From the sequence record SRR31156797_3528: a stretch of DNA of 39,777 bases; one strand, given 5' to 3'. This document shows, piece after piece, positions 1 through 9,114 of the stretch. A program made the position numbers and the translations under genes. Under the pieces are notes generated by a model. It saw nothing but the letters and a program-made list of their open reading frames with translations. It had not been told where the DNA came from and did no database searches. Every line of letters begins with the position of its first letter. The stretch's first letter is position 1.

Positions 1-6
1 AAATTT

Positions 7-24
7 TATGTCGAACTCAGGTTA
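7..24. mobile_element. Probable terminal inverted repeat of an IS982-family element or derived MITE; the body would lie left of the window
   Basis: tatgtcgaactcaggtta is the reverse complement of TAACCTGAGTTCGACATA, which resembles the ACC/ACGTGAGTTCGA termini I recall for IS982-family elements. No transposase or partner end is visible in the window. Confidence 0.4.
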
Positions 25-35
25 ATACAAAAAAC

Positions 36-59
36 CTCTGTGTCTTTGCGTCTCTGTGT
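36..59. repeat. Three degenerate 8-bp tandem units (ctctgtgt/ctttgcgt/ctctgtgt)
   Basis: Read directly from the sequence. Confidence 0.65.
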
Positions 60-368
60 TTTTCCTTGTTCTCAACACTTGATTCAAATTGTCGTTTTAT
101 TTTTTGCCACCATCTTCATGGTAACTTATACAAATGTAGGCAAGCACATATTTAGTTTGGATGGGATATTGTTTATTTACCGGGGATAATTGTTTTTATT
201 TCAAGGTATTTTATTAAGGATTAAGAAGACTTCCTTCTATTTATTGTATAGAACAGCGTTCAATTTGATGTGATGAACCATTTAAAAATGAATATTTATT
301 ACCTTTAAGTTTTTCAAAGCCTGCCTTTTATTATGAATTGGTTTTATTCAGATTAATTAGTTTGAGCG

Positions 369-2402
369 ATGGCAGGCATCTTACTTTATTTTCGTTTTAT
401 AGCACTTAAATACATTCTGCTTTTAACTGTATTTATCAGTGGGCAAGCACTCTTTTCTCAGAATATTGCGACTATTTCCGGTCGGGTAGTCAATATAAAT
501 AACGGCGTAATTGAATCTGTTATTGATGGAGGTAGAATGACTTCTGTGAATATACTTGGCGAGGCTAATCTATTGAATAATGGTGGTTATGGTTATCTAT
601 CTTATAACGATAATGACGGTTTTTATTCTCCAACAACCTTATATCCTCAGGTAAAACTAAATAATAGCGAGATAGCAGATATATTTTACAAACGCGTAGA
701 TAATTTCAATATAGAAATGCACTTTGTTTTTCGTAAAAATGAAAGTGGATTTTATACTTATTTTGTGGTTAAAGATGCCGGAATAGCAGGTAACACTTTG
801 GGGCAGCTTCGTTTTGCTTTACGGGTGGATAAAACGGTGTTTAATTACGCATGGACTGTGGAACGAGAAGGAGCTATGATTCATCCTGATGATTTAGCCA
901 ATTATGTAGAGGAGGTTCAGGATGCCACCTATCTGTTGCAGGATGGAAGTATTTACACCAAATACGATTGGTGCGTGTATAAAAAAGATGATAATCTGCA
1001 TGGACTAATGGGTGATGCTTCCGGCGTTTGGAATATCGAAGCCAGTCACGAATATATTAACGGAGGTCCAACCATGCAGGAAACTACTTTGCATGGTACT
1101 TCTACCACACCTATTTTACTTTGTCCGTTTTTTACCACACACTTTGGAGGGCAGCAAGTCCTTCTTCAGGATGAATATGAGAGCTGGAATAAAATATTTG
1201 GACCTGCTTTTACTTACATCAATAGTGGCGCAAAGGATGAGATGCTTAAGGATGCAAAACAAAAAGCGGCTGAATTGCAAGAACAGTGGCCTTACCAATG
1301 GTTAAACCATGATTTGTATCCCCTGGAAAGGGCTTCGCTTAGTGGCAAGCTTATCATGGATGGAAAGGGAGAGGTGGACAGCGCCATGGTGCTTATTTGT
1401 AAAGCCGGTCCTTCCTGGGAATTAGATGCGGATCACTGGCAAAAGCAACCTTACGATTATATGTTTTGGTCGGAAGCTGATGTAGAAGGAAACTTTAGCA
1501 TTGATAAAATCAGACCTGGAACTTATACCTTGTATGCTTACACCCAAAAAGGCAAGTTAATTGATGAGCTAAGAGTGGATGGCATTAAAGTAAGTGAAGG
1601 AACGAATCCCTTAGGAAACATCGTTTGGAATGCCAACGACAGGGAGCATACTATTTTTCAGATTGGTACTGCTGATCATAAATCGGGAGAATATAAACTG
1701 GCAGACCTTCCTCGCTTATATGGCAGATGGAAAAACTGTCCTTTAAGTCTTACATATGCTGTATCTACAGGTACACCAAGAGAAAATTGGTATTATTGTC
1801 AAAGAGAGAATAGCCTTTGGACGATCAATTTTGATATAGAAGATCCAAGCACATATATAAACCCAGTATTGAAAGTCGCTTTAGCAGGATGCGATGCTCG
1901 TCCACATTTAGATTTTATAGTAAATGGCACAACGGTTTCTGTTAATGATTTAGGAAGCGATAGTGGTATTCGTCGCAGTTCATTAACCGGAGGAAAGTAT
2001 GCCTTATTTAGCTGTAATGTGGATGCCAGTTTATTAAAGTCTGGATCCAATTCCGTTGCTATGCGTTGCTATGGATCAGAACAGGAATATAAAGGTGTCA
2101 TGTATGATGCCATTTTACTGGAAGCTGATTTAGAAAACGGATCAACCGATATTGTAAATGCTCATGAACATACTTTAAAGATATACCCAAATCCATGCAA
2201 AGGCATACTTTCTATACATGCAGAGAAAGAAATAGAAATCCTTAAGGTGTTTGATTTAAATGGGAATGTAGTATTTCGAAGTACTTTGCCTTCTTCCAGT
2301 GAAATGGAAATTAATTTATCGGAACTAGCCAACGGTATTTATTTTATTCAGGTGCAATCCGGACAAAACATCCTCCAACAGAAATTGATATTGGAAAAAT
2401 AA
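369..2402 (+). CDS. Polysaccharide lyase family 4 (rhamnogalacturonan lyase-like) with T9SS type A C-terminal sorting domain
   Basis: N-terminal signal peptide; PL4 motifs YTKYDW, SHEYINGGPTMQE, KIFGP, middle-domain IRPGTYTLYA, FQIG and YDAILLE; C-terminal KIYPNP...GIYFIQV...QKLILEK. Confidence 0.85.
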   Translation: MAGILLYFRFIALKYILLLTVFISGQALFSQNIATISGRVVNINNGVIESVIDGGRMTSVNILGEANLLNNGGYGYLSYNDNDGFYSPTTLYPQVKLNNSEIADIFYKRVDNFNIEMHFVFRKNESGFYTYFVVKDAGIAGNTLGQLRFALRVDKTVFNYAWTVEREGAMIHPDDLANYVEEVQDATYLLQDGSIYTKYDWCVYKKDDNLHGLMGDASGVWNIEASHEYINGGPTMQETTLHGTSTTPILLCPFFTTHFGGQQVLLQDEYESWNKIFGPAFTYINSGAKDEMLKDAKQKAAELQEQWPYQWLNHDLYPLERASLSGKLIMDGKGEVDSAMVLICKAGPSWELDADHWQKQPYDYMFWSEADVEGNFSIDKIRPGTYTLYAYTQKGKLIDELRVDGIKVSEGTNPLGNIVWNANDREHTIFQIGTADHKSGEYKLADLPRLYGRWKNCPLSLTYAVSTGTPRENWYYCQRENSLWTINFDIEDPSTYINPVLKVALAGCDARPHLDFIVNGTTVSVNDLGSDSGIRRSSLTGGKYALFSCNVDASLLKSGSNSVAMRCYGSEQEYKGVMYDAILLEADLENGSTDIVNAHEHTLKIYPNPCKGILSIHAEKEIEILKVFDLNGNVVFRSTLPSSSEMEINLSELANGIYFIQVQSGQNILQQKLILEK

Positions 2403-2448
2403 AAAATGAGGTAAAGAGATTTTTGAGAATAGTATTTAACTGTTTTTG

Positions 2449-2988
2449 TTAGTGTAACACGATAATTCTTTTATTGCCCGGAATATATCGGTAATACGAA
2501 TATATTGGCTTTGGATTAAATGTAAAAGATGGCATTTTTGTCCAAACTTCAAAACCAGGCATGGGTACGTAGGTACTTCCTCGGTATATATTGCCCTTAT
2601 TATCACTCTTAACTAATTGAAGAAACTGATAAATGTTTCTTTCATTAGGAACAATACTCTTTTTTCTAATTAAAAAACGTTGAAAAAGGTAAGGTTGATT
2701 CTTGTAGGTAAAGGCATATTCCTTAATTTGCTCTGGTAGATAGTATTTAAAAAATAGTTCTCCTTTGCTGCGAAATGCAACTTGTCTATAACAATTTTCC
2801 AAATCTATTCCTGCAAAAACAAAGTCTCCTGTTCGTCGATTAAAACTGTGTACTTTTATTTCGCCCTGAATAGTATCGTTATCCTCGGTAACAATGTATC
2901 CCGACAGTTTTTTGCCCTGAACAATATGGCATACACCAAGCAGAATGATTAGAACAGTTAGTTTTGGAAATAGATTATATTTATACAT
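2449..2988 (-). CDS. Hypothetical exported protein
   Basis: 179-aa ORF with a signal-peptide-like N-terminus followed by GYIVTEDNDTIQGEI, a motif common in Bacteroidota secreted proteins; minus-strand TAnnTTTG at 3055-3048. Confidence 0.7.
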   Translation of the reverse strand: MYKYNLFPKLTVLIILLGVCHIVQGKKLSGYIVTEDNDTIQGEIKVHSFNRRTGDFVFAGIDLENCYRQVAFRSKGELFFKYYLPEQIKEYAFTYKNQPYLFQRFLIRKKSIVPNERNIYQFLQLVKSDNKGNIYRGSTYVPMPGFEVWTKMPSFTFNPKPIYSYYRYIPGNKRIIVLH

Positions 2989-3126
2989 GATCTGGTTGTT
3001 TTACATATATCAAAATTCGACTTGCTATATGTTTCTTCATTTTCGAACAAAAATATAATAAATATCGATTTTATGTAAGCCTACCCGGATTTATGTAATA
3101 AGTCCATTCTGGTTATCAATTAATGA

Positions 3127-3155
3127 TTTGTTCTATTAGTTATCAATTATTTTTG
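3127..3155 (+). promoter_or_regulatory. Bacteroidota housekeeping promoter for the ldcA-yraN cluster
   Basis: TTTG at 3127-3130, 17-nt spacer, then TATTTTTG(CA) at 3148-3155. Confidence 0.55.
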
Positions 3156-3212
3156 CACAATGTGCCGGCAAGCTATAACTTTCTGCCCTAATAAAAACTG
3201 TAATCAATAAAT

Positions 3213-4115
3213 ATGATACATCCTCAATCATTAAATAAAGGTGATACCATTGGCATTGTTGCACCTGCAGGTAGAATTGATCAGAATATAATTCAACAGG
3301 CTGTCGTTCGCATCACTGATAAGGGTTATAAAGTAAAGCTTGGGAATTATTTAAACGATCATCACTATAATTTTTCATCAACGGATGAGCATCGTTTGCA
3401 TGATTTGCAAATGATGATGGATGATCCGGAAGTGAAAGCTATTTTGTGCACACGTGGAGGATATGGTGCTATTCGAATTGTAGATCAACTCAATTTCGAT
3501 CAAATCAAAAAGCATCCTAAATGGCTAATAGGTTTTAGTGACATTACCGTTTTACATGCTGCCTTCCAAAAACAGGGAATCGCGAGCCTTCATGGGCCAA
3601 TGACCAAAAGTTTTTTAAACTATACCGACACATCAGCCGACGTGGAAATATTGTTTGCTTTTTTAGAGGGAGAACTTCCTGAGTATAGGATTAATACTTA
3701 TTCTTATAATCGAGAAGGAAGTGCAATGGGGCAGTTAGTTGGAGGTAATTTGTCCATAGTTCATGCTTTACGAGGGACAAAGTATGATATTAATTACGAA
3801 GGAAACATATTGTTTATAGAAGACTTATCGGAATACCTGTATCACCTGGACAGGACCATGCATAATTTAAAATTAGGTGGTGTTTTGGAGAAGATATCCG
3901 GCCTTGTGGTTGGTCAATTTACTGAAATGAAAGATAATGAAACGCCATTTGGTCAAGGCATCGAGGAGATTATTTATAATGCCGTGACTGAGTATGATTA
4001 CCCTGTGGCATTCAATTTTCCGGCCGGACATATTGAAACCAATTACCCATTGATTTTAGGTTGTAAAATGGAACTGAAGGTTAGTAAAGAGGATGTGAGC
4101 TTATTGGCCATATAA
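3213..4115 (+). CDS. ldcA: LD-carboxypeptidase (peptidase S66, muramoyltetrapeptide carboxypeptidase)
   Basis: GDTIGIVAPA, RGGYG, catalytic IGFSDIT, GGNLS, ILFIED and FPAGH motifs. Confidence 0.92.
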   Translation: MIHPQSLNKGDTIGIVAPAGRIDQNIIQQAVVRITDKGYKVKLGNYLNDHHYNFSSTDEHRLHDLQMMMDDPEVKAILCTRGGYGAIRIVDQLNFDQIKKHPKWLIGFSDITVLHAAFQKQGIASLHGPMTKSFLNYTDTSADVEILFAFLEGELPEYRINTYSYNREGSAMGQLVGGNLSIVHALRGTKYDINYEGNILFIEDLSEYLYHLDRTMHNLKLGGVLEKISGLVVGQFTEMKDNETPFGQGIEEIIYNAVTEYDYPVAFNFPAGHIETNYPLILGCKMELKVSKEDVSLLAI

Positions 4116-4187
4116 AATATACTTAATGCTTTTGAATAGCCGGGCGATTATATTAGTTTTATTGAGGGTAAAATAAAATCAATCGCA

Positions 4188-4553
4188 ATGGCTCAACACA
4201 ATGAACTTGGTAAAGAAGGTGAGCAGGTAGCTGCATCTTATCTGGAAAAAAAAGGATACCAGATTTTAGAACAAAACTGGCTTTATAATCATAAAGAAAT
4301 TGATTTAATTGCACAAAAGGATGAAGTGTTAGTTATTGTGGAAATTAAAACTCGTTCAACTGAAGAGTGGGAGCACCCTGAAGAAGCCGTATCTAATGCT
4401 AAAATACGGTATTTAGTTGATGCCACGGAAGCGTATATTTTGGATAATGATTTAGATATGGAAGTTCGATTTGATGTGATTGGGGTTATTCCACAAGGAA
4501 AGGAGTGGCAGATTGAACATATTGAGGAGGCATTTTACCCACCGGTAAATTAA
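4188..4553 (+). CDS. yraN: YraN family putative endonuclease (UPF0102)
   Basis: LGKEGEQVA..YL..KGY.IL..NW, EIDLIA, VEIKTR and RFDVI motifs. Confidence 0.93.
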   Translation: MAQHNELGKEGEQVAASYLEKKGYQILEQNWLYNHKEIDLIAQKDEVLVIVEIKTRSTEEWEHPEEAVSNAKIRYLVDATEAYILDNDLDMEVRFDVIGVIPQGKEWQIEHIEEAFYPPVN

Positions 4554-4577
4554 GTATATACAATAAAACAGAAGCTT

Positions 4578-5780
4578 ATGATTGCAGCCATTTTAGTTGA
4601 TCCGGAGTTGTCAAAGTTTGTTTTGCTTTCGTGCATTATCATTTCTGTTGGTTTTATTTTAAAGGTACTTAAGCAACCTTCCATTGTATCTTATATTATA
4701 GTGGGTGTGTTAGTAGGGCCATTCGGTTTGGAGTTTATTACCAATGAAGCTTTGATTTCTAATTTAGGATCGCTAGGCTTGGTATTGCTACTCTTTTTTA
4801 TTGGAATGGAAATTCATTTGCCCGATTTGATTGCCAGCTGGAAAGTATCGGTGATTGGTACTTTAATGCAAATACTGATAAGTATTTTAGGAATATGGCT
4901 ATTGAGCTTTTATTTTGGATGGGATTTGAAACAGGTTATTGTCCTGGGCTTTGTTATCAGCATCAGTAGTACGGCAGTTATTGTAAAACTTTTGCAGGAA
5001 CGGGATGAATTACAAAGTGTAACCGGGCAGAATGTACTCGGTATCCTGTTGGCTCAGGATGTGCTTATCGTACCCATGTTTATCATTATTGGTTATTTAC
5101 AAGGGGAAGTTCCGGAAACGAAAGTTGTGATCAAACAACTTATAGGCGGAGCGATCATTGTCAGTATTTTTATATTTCTATTCCGAAGTAAAAGGCCGCG
5201 TATTCCTTTTGAAAAGTATATTATCCGGGATTACGAATTGCAGGTTTTTGTGGCGTTTTCCTTTTGTTTTGGATTTTCTTTATTTACCGCTTATTTTGGC
5301 CTTTCCTCAGCGCTGGGAGCTTTTGTCGGAGGTTTGTTTCTATCTTGTGTTCGTTCTACCAAGTGGGTTCACGATAGTTTAAATGCCTTTAAGGTGATGT
5401 TTGTGGCCTTGTTTTTTGTGTCTGTTGGTCTGTTGATCGACCTGGAGTTTTTGGTTACAAACATAGGAATCATAGGTTTATTGGTATTACTTGTATTTAT
5501 TGCCAATAATGCCATTAATACCGTTATTCTTAAATTGTTTGGTTATTCCTGGAAACAGAGTTTTTATGCCGGGGCTTTATTATCTCAAATAGGGGAGTTT
5601 AGTTTTATTTTAGGTTCCACAGCATTTTATGCCGGCATAATCGAAGCGTATATTTATCAGTTAATTATTAGTACTATTGCTATATCTTTACTTTTAAGTC
5701 CTTTTTGGATTAGTTTTTCGCAGCGGGTGTTTCATATCGGAAATAAATATATTCCTGGAAACCTGAAGAATAAGTTTTAA
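4578..5780 (+). CDS. CPA2 family cation:proton antiporter (KefC-like membrane domain only)
   Basis: About 12 hydrophobic segments; LLFFIGME, SSTA, GILLAQD, LGAFVGG, FFVSVG and SQIGEFSF motifs; no C-terminal RCK/TrkA domain. Confidence 0.9.
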   Translation: MIAAILVDPELSKFVLLSCIIISVGFILKVLKQPSIVSYIIVGVLVGPFGLEFITNEALISNLGSLGLVLLLFFIGMEIHLPDLIASWKVSVIGTLMQILISILGIWLLSFYFGWDLKQVIVLGFVISISSTAVIVKLLQERDELQSVTGQNVLGILLAQDVLIVPMFIIIGYLQGEVPETKVVIKQLIGGAIIVSIFIFLFRSKRPRIPFEKYIIRDYELQVFVAFSFCFGFSLFTAYFGLSSALGAFVGGLFLSCVRSTKWVHDSLNAFKVMFVALFFVSVGLLIDLEFLVTNIGIIGLLVLLVFIANNAINTVILKLFGYSWKQSFYAGALLSQIGEFSFILGSTAFYAGIIEAYIYQLIISTIAISLLLSPFWISFSQRVFHIGNKYIPGNLKNKF

Positions 5781-5793
5781 AAACCAATGGAGT

Positions 5794-6147
5794 ATGAATA
5801 TTGAAGAAATTAGAGATTACTGTCTTTCTAAAAAAGGAACTACTGAGGAATTTCCTTTTGATGAGGTAACGTTGGTTTTTAAGGTAATGGGTAAGATGTA
5901 TGCTTTAACAAGTTTAGATAAGGATTTAGCCATAAACTTAAAATGTGATCCCGAAAAAGCGATAGAACTACGCGAACAATACGAGGCCATAAAGCCGGGT
6001 TATCATATGAGTAAAATACATTGGAATACAGTTGAGGTGGATGGAAGTTTAAAAACTGATTTTATTAAAGAATTGATAGACCATTCCTATGACTTAGTTG
6101 TATCCAAACTCACTCAAAAATTAAAAAAGGAACTAAACGACCTCTAA
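5794..6147 (+). CDS. MmcQ/YjbR family DNA-binding protein
   Basis: FPFDE..LVFKVMGKM, NLKCDPE, PGYHMSKIHWNTV and IDHSYDLV motifs. Confidence 0.92.
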   Translation: MNIEEIRDYCLSKKGTTEEFPFDEVTLVFKVMGKMYALTSLDKDLAINLKCDPEKAIELREQYEAIKPGYHMSKIHWNTVEVDGSLKTDFIKELIDHSYDLVVSKLTQKLKKELNDL

Positions 6148-6163
6148 TTAAAAGATGGAATAA

Positions 6164-6751
6164 ATGAAAAAGTTAGTACGGTATTTTTTACAGGGTTTAT
6201 TATACATCGTGCCTTTGGCAGTAACGGTTTATGTTATTGTTTTTGCCATTGTTTGGTTAGATGGATTGTTAATGGACAGGGAATTTTTTAAACATGGTTT
6301 TTTAGCAAAATATAATTTTCCAGGCGTAGGTTTGGCTTTGATATTGGTATTGGTAACCATAATTGGCTATTTGGGTCAGGTTTTAATTTCGACACCCATC
6401 TCTGGAACTTATGACAGGGTGATGAAAAGAGCTCCCTTGGTAAAAATGATTTATACTTCGGTTAAAGATTTAATGTCTGCATTCGTTGGAGGAGAAAAGA
6501 AATTTAATCAACCGGTATTGGTGAAGTTAGATGAACAGGGCATTTTACATCGATATGGATTTATCACTTCAACTAACCTGGAGGCTTTAGGAGCAGAAGA
6601 TATGATTGGTGTTTATTTTCCCAGTTCTTACGGTATGCTTGGTGAGTTATTTGTGATTCCAAAAAAGCAAATTAAACCTGTTGATGCCAATGCTGCAGAA
6701 GTGATGAAATTTATTGTATCCGGAGGTATTTCAAATATTAAAAACGACTAG
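6164..6751 (+). CDS. DUF502 domain membrane protein
   Basis: YFLQGLL..VPLAVT, PLVKMIYTSVKDL, GFIT, VYFPSS and MKFIVSGG motifs. Confidence 0.9.
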   Translation: MKKLVRYFLQGLLYIVPLAVTVYVIVFAIVWLDGLLMDREFFKHGFLAKYNFPGVGLALILVLVTIIGYLGQVLISTPISGTYDRVMKRAPLVKMIYTSVKDLMSAFVGGEKKFNQPVLVKLDEQGILHRYGFITSTNLEALGAEDMIGVYFPSSYGMLGELFVIPKKQIKPVDANAAEVMKFIVSGGISNIKND

Positions 6752-7755
6752 TTGGTTTTTAAGAAAAAAGCGGTTGTATCTTTAAGCGTAGTTTCAATCG
6801 GTGTATATTGAAACCCAATTGTTTTTTCAATCATTTTACCTGAATAAAGTGTTGTTTTTAAAGAAGTACGCGCACTATCCGGCGTAATTAGTGGCTCAGA
6901 ACCTGTAATCAAATTCCTTACTTTTTCAAACCTCCAGGCAAGGCTCAATAAAAATTTACCGGCTTTTACATGAGGAGCTTTTACTTTTAAGCCTTGAGCT
7001 ACCAGATTAAAAAAGTTTTGGTAAGATAAATTGGCTCCATTGATAATGAATCTTTCGTTGGTTGTGTCGCTTTCTGTAAGTTGAATCATACTTCTAACCA
7101 CATCTCTAACATCAACAAACCCGGAGCCTCCCGGAGTAAAATATCGCAGTCCTTTGTAAATGGTTTTAATAATTTTAGGGCTTCCTGTATTCCAGTCACC
7201 AGGACCAATAATTACAGATGGGTTTACAATCACGGCATTCAGGCCTTCTTTGGTTGCCCGCCAGACTTCCATCTCAGCTCTGAATTTACTTATGCTGTAA
7301 GCAGAATGATTTTTTCCTCCCTGCCAATACGAAAACTCGTCGATTAGTTCTCCATTTTTTGAATTACCCAAGGTGGCTATAGAGCTTACAAAACAGAATT
7401 TTTTAATATTCTTTTCTATGCAAATATTTACGAGGTTAGCTGTGCCGGCTTCATTGACTTCGGTCATCTCATCTTTTAACGAAGGATTAAATGAAACCAG
7501 TGCTCCGGTATGGTATACAATGTCAATATTTTCTAAAGCCTGAGTAAGGGAGTCGTAATCCAGTAAATCACCGTCAATCCATTCAATTTGCTCAAAAAGA
7601 GAGAGCGCTTCATCACCATAAAACGAAAAAACAAATCGGGTTTTCTGAATATCCGAAGTCTTTCTTTTTAACGCCCGTACTTTTTTATTCCCCTGAATTA
7701 AATGGTATAATAAATGCGCCCCAACTAAACCGGTGCCTCCTGTTACTAAAATCAT
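6748..7755 (-). CDS. NAD-dependent epimerase/dehydratase (dihydroflavonol reductase-like SDR)
   Basis: ILVTGGTGLVG Rossmann motif, YSISK catalytic YxxxK, VNPSVIIG and FVDVRDV. Confidence 0.9.
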   Translation of the reverse strand: MILVTGGTGLVGAHLLYHLIQGNKKVRALKRKTSDIQKTRFVFSFYGDEALSLFEQIEWIDGDLLDYDSLTQALENIDIVYHTGALVSFNPSLKDEMTEVNEAGTANLVNICIEKNIKKFCFVSSIATLGNSKNGELIDEFSYWQGGKNHSAYSISKFRAEMEVWRATKEGLNAVIVNPSVIIGPGDWNTGSPKIIKTIYKGLRYFTPGGSGFVDVRDVVRSMIQLTESDTTNERFIINGANLSYQNFFNLVAQGLKVKAPHVKAGKFLLSLAWRFEKVRNLITGSEPLITPDSARTSLKTTLYSGKMIEKTIGFQYTPIETTLKDTTAFFLKTN

Positions 7756-7758
7756 ATG

Positions 7759-8166
7759 TTACCAGATAAACTTAATCGTTTGTTTTAGGTTAGGATGTAC
7801 GCTTAAAGGAACCGGACTAATTCCGGCAACACTTTCAATTAATTGCTTTTGTTCCTCGGTGTAGCCTTTTTTAGGAAAAGTAAACTCCATAATCACTTCA
7901 TCAACACGCCTTGGATCAGATGCCATTATTTTGGTAATGTTAAGTTGAGTTCCTTCAATATCAATTTGGTTATCCATGGCTTTAATCCCCATAATCGTCA
8001 TGATGCAATTACCTAATGCCGTTGCCAGCATATCGGTTGGCGAAAATGCTTCACCTTTTCCTCTGTTATCGGTAGGAGCATCTGTAATAATCTTAGCACC
8101 TGATTGTAAGTGAATATTTTCTGTTCTCAGGTCACCTAAATATGTTGTTTTAACGGTAATGCTCAT
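7759..8166 (-). CDS. OsmC family protein
   Basis: TYLGDLRT, TDAPTDNRGKGEAFSPTD and LGNC motifs. The usual second Cys (CPV) is replaced by SPV. Confidence 0.9.
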   Translation of the reverse strand: MSITVKTTYLGDLRTENIHLQSGAKIITDAPTDNRGKGEAFSPTDMLATALGNCIMTIMGIKAMDNQIDIEGTQLNITKIMASDPRRVDEVIMEFTFPKKGYTEEQKQLIESVAGISPVPLSVHPNLKQTIKFIW

Positions 8167-8222
8167 GATTATTTAATTTTTAGTGGGATCAATTAAAAGT
8201 CAAAGAAACAAAAAATACAGCG

Positions 8223-8230
8223 CAAATATA
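8223..8230 (-). promoter_or_regulatory. -7 promoter element for the osmC-SDR operon
   Basis: Minus strand reads TATATTTG(CG) about 57 nt upstream of the ATG. Confidence 0.5.
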
Positions 8231-8288
8231 TTTTCAATGTCAAAAATATATTGAATTGGAACAATGATCTGTTTTAAACAAATAGTAT

Positions 8289-8296
8289 TAATTTTG
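8289..8296 (+). promoter_or_regulatory. -7 promoter element for riboflavin synthase
   Basis: TAATTTTG(CA) 38 nt upstream of the ATG. Confidence 0.55.
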
Positions 8297-8334
8297 CAAC
8301 GTTAAGAAAATTACAAATTTAAATTGATAAACAT

Positions 8335-8940
8335 ATGTTTTCTGGAATTGTTGAAGAAGCAGCCGTTATTACGAAATTAGAGAAAGATCAAAGTAACCTT
8401 CATATCACCATGGAGTGCTCATTTGTTGATGAATTAAAAATTGATCAGAGTATTGCACATAATGGCGTTTGCTTAACTGTAGTTAAAAAAACAGATAAGG
8501 ATTATACCGTAACTGCAATTCAGGAAACATTGGATAAATCGAATCTTGGCGTACTGAATGTGGGTGATAAAGTAAACCTGGAGCGTAGTATGGTAATGAA
8601 TGGTCGTTTAGACGGACATATCGTACAAGGTCATGTAGATCAAACGGCTAAATGTGTGGAGATAAAAGAAGCTGACGGTAGTTGGTATTTTACTTTTCAG
8701 TATGAAATTGATAAGGAAAAAGCATCTCAAGGATACATGACAGTAGAAAAGGGATCGGTTACGGTAAACGGAGTTAGTTTAACTGTTGTAAATAGTAAAG
8801 ATGATCGTTTTTCTGTGGCTATCATTCCTTATACTTATGAGTTTACAAATTTTCATCAGTTTAAAGTGGGTAGTATTATCAACATCGAATTTGATATTCT
8901 GGGAAAATATATAAGCCGCATCATGGCATTGAAAGCATAA
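8335..8940 (+). CDS. ribE: Riboflavin synthase (alpha chain)
   Basis: MFSGIVE start, SIAHNGVCLTV, VNLER, RLDGHIVQGHVD, KGSVTVNGVSLTV and NIEFDILGKY motifs. Confidence 0.97.
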   Translation: MFSGIVEEAAVITKLEKDQSNLHITMECSFVDELKIDQSIAHNGVCLTVVKKTDKDYTVTAIQETLDKSNLGVLNVGDKVNLERSMVMNGRLDGHIVQGHVDQTAKCVEIKEADGSWYFTFQYEIDKEKASQGYMTVEKGSVTVNGVSLTVVNSKDDRFSVAIIPYTYEFTNFHQFKVGSIINIEFDILGKYISRIMALKA

Positions 8941-8960
8941 AAGAGTACTTCTGTATATAC

Positions 8961-8988
8961 AGCCCTATCGTATCGGTAGGGCTTTTTT
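8961..8988 (+). terminator. Rho-independent terminator
   Basis: agccctatcg-tat-cggtagggct hairpin followed by a T tract. Confidence 0.85.
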
Positions 8989-9114
8989 ATTGCTTGTTAA
9001 ATCAATATTTCCATAAAAACATCGTTTTGTTAATATCTCGTTAATAAAACAAATGTTAATAATTCGTTGACATTGAGCATATTTTAATACATTTCACAAA
9101 AATATCATGTTGTA

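Noticed and set aside
84..138. Small minus-strand ORF behind a TACATTTG element at 138-131
   Set aside because: The ATG at 119 reaches TGA after 11 codons, so there is no credible peptide.
8167..8334. FMN riboswitch upstream of riboflavin synthase
   Set aside because: The region is short and AT-rich, holds divergent promoters, and lacks the conserved RFN motifs.
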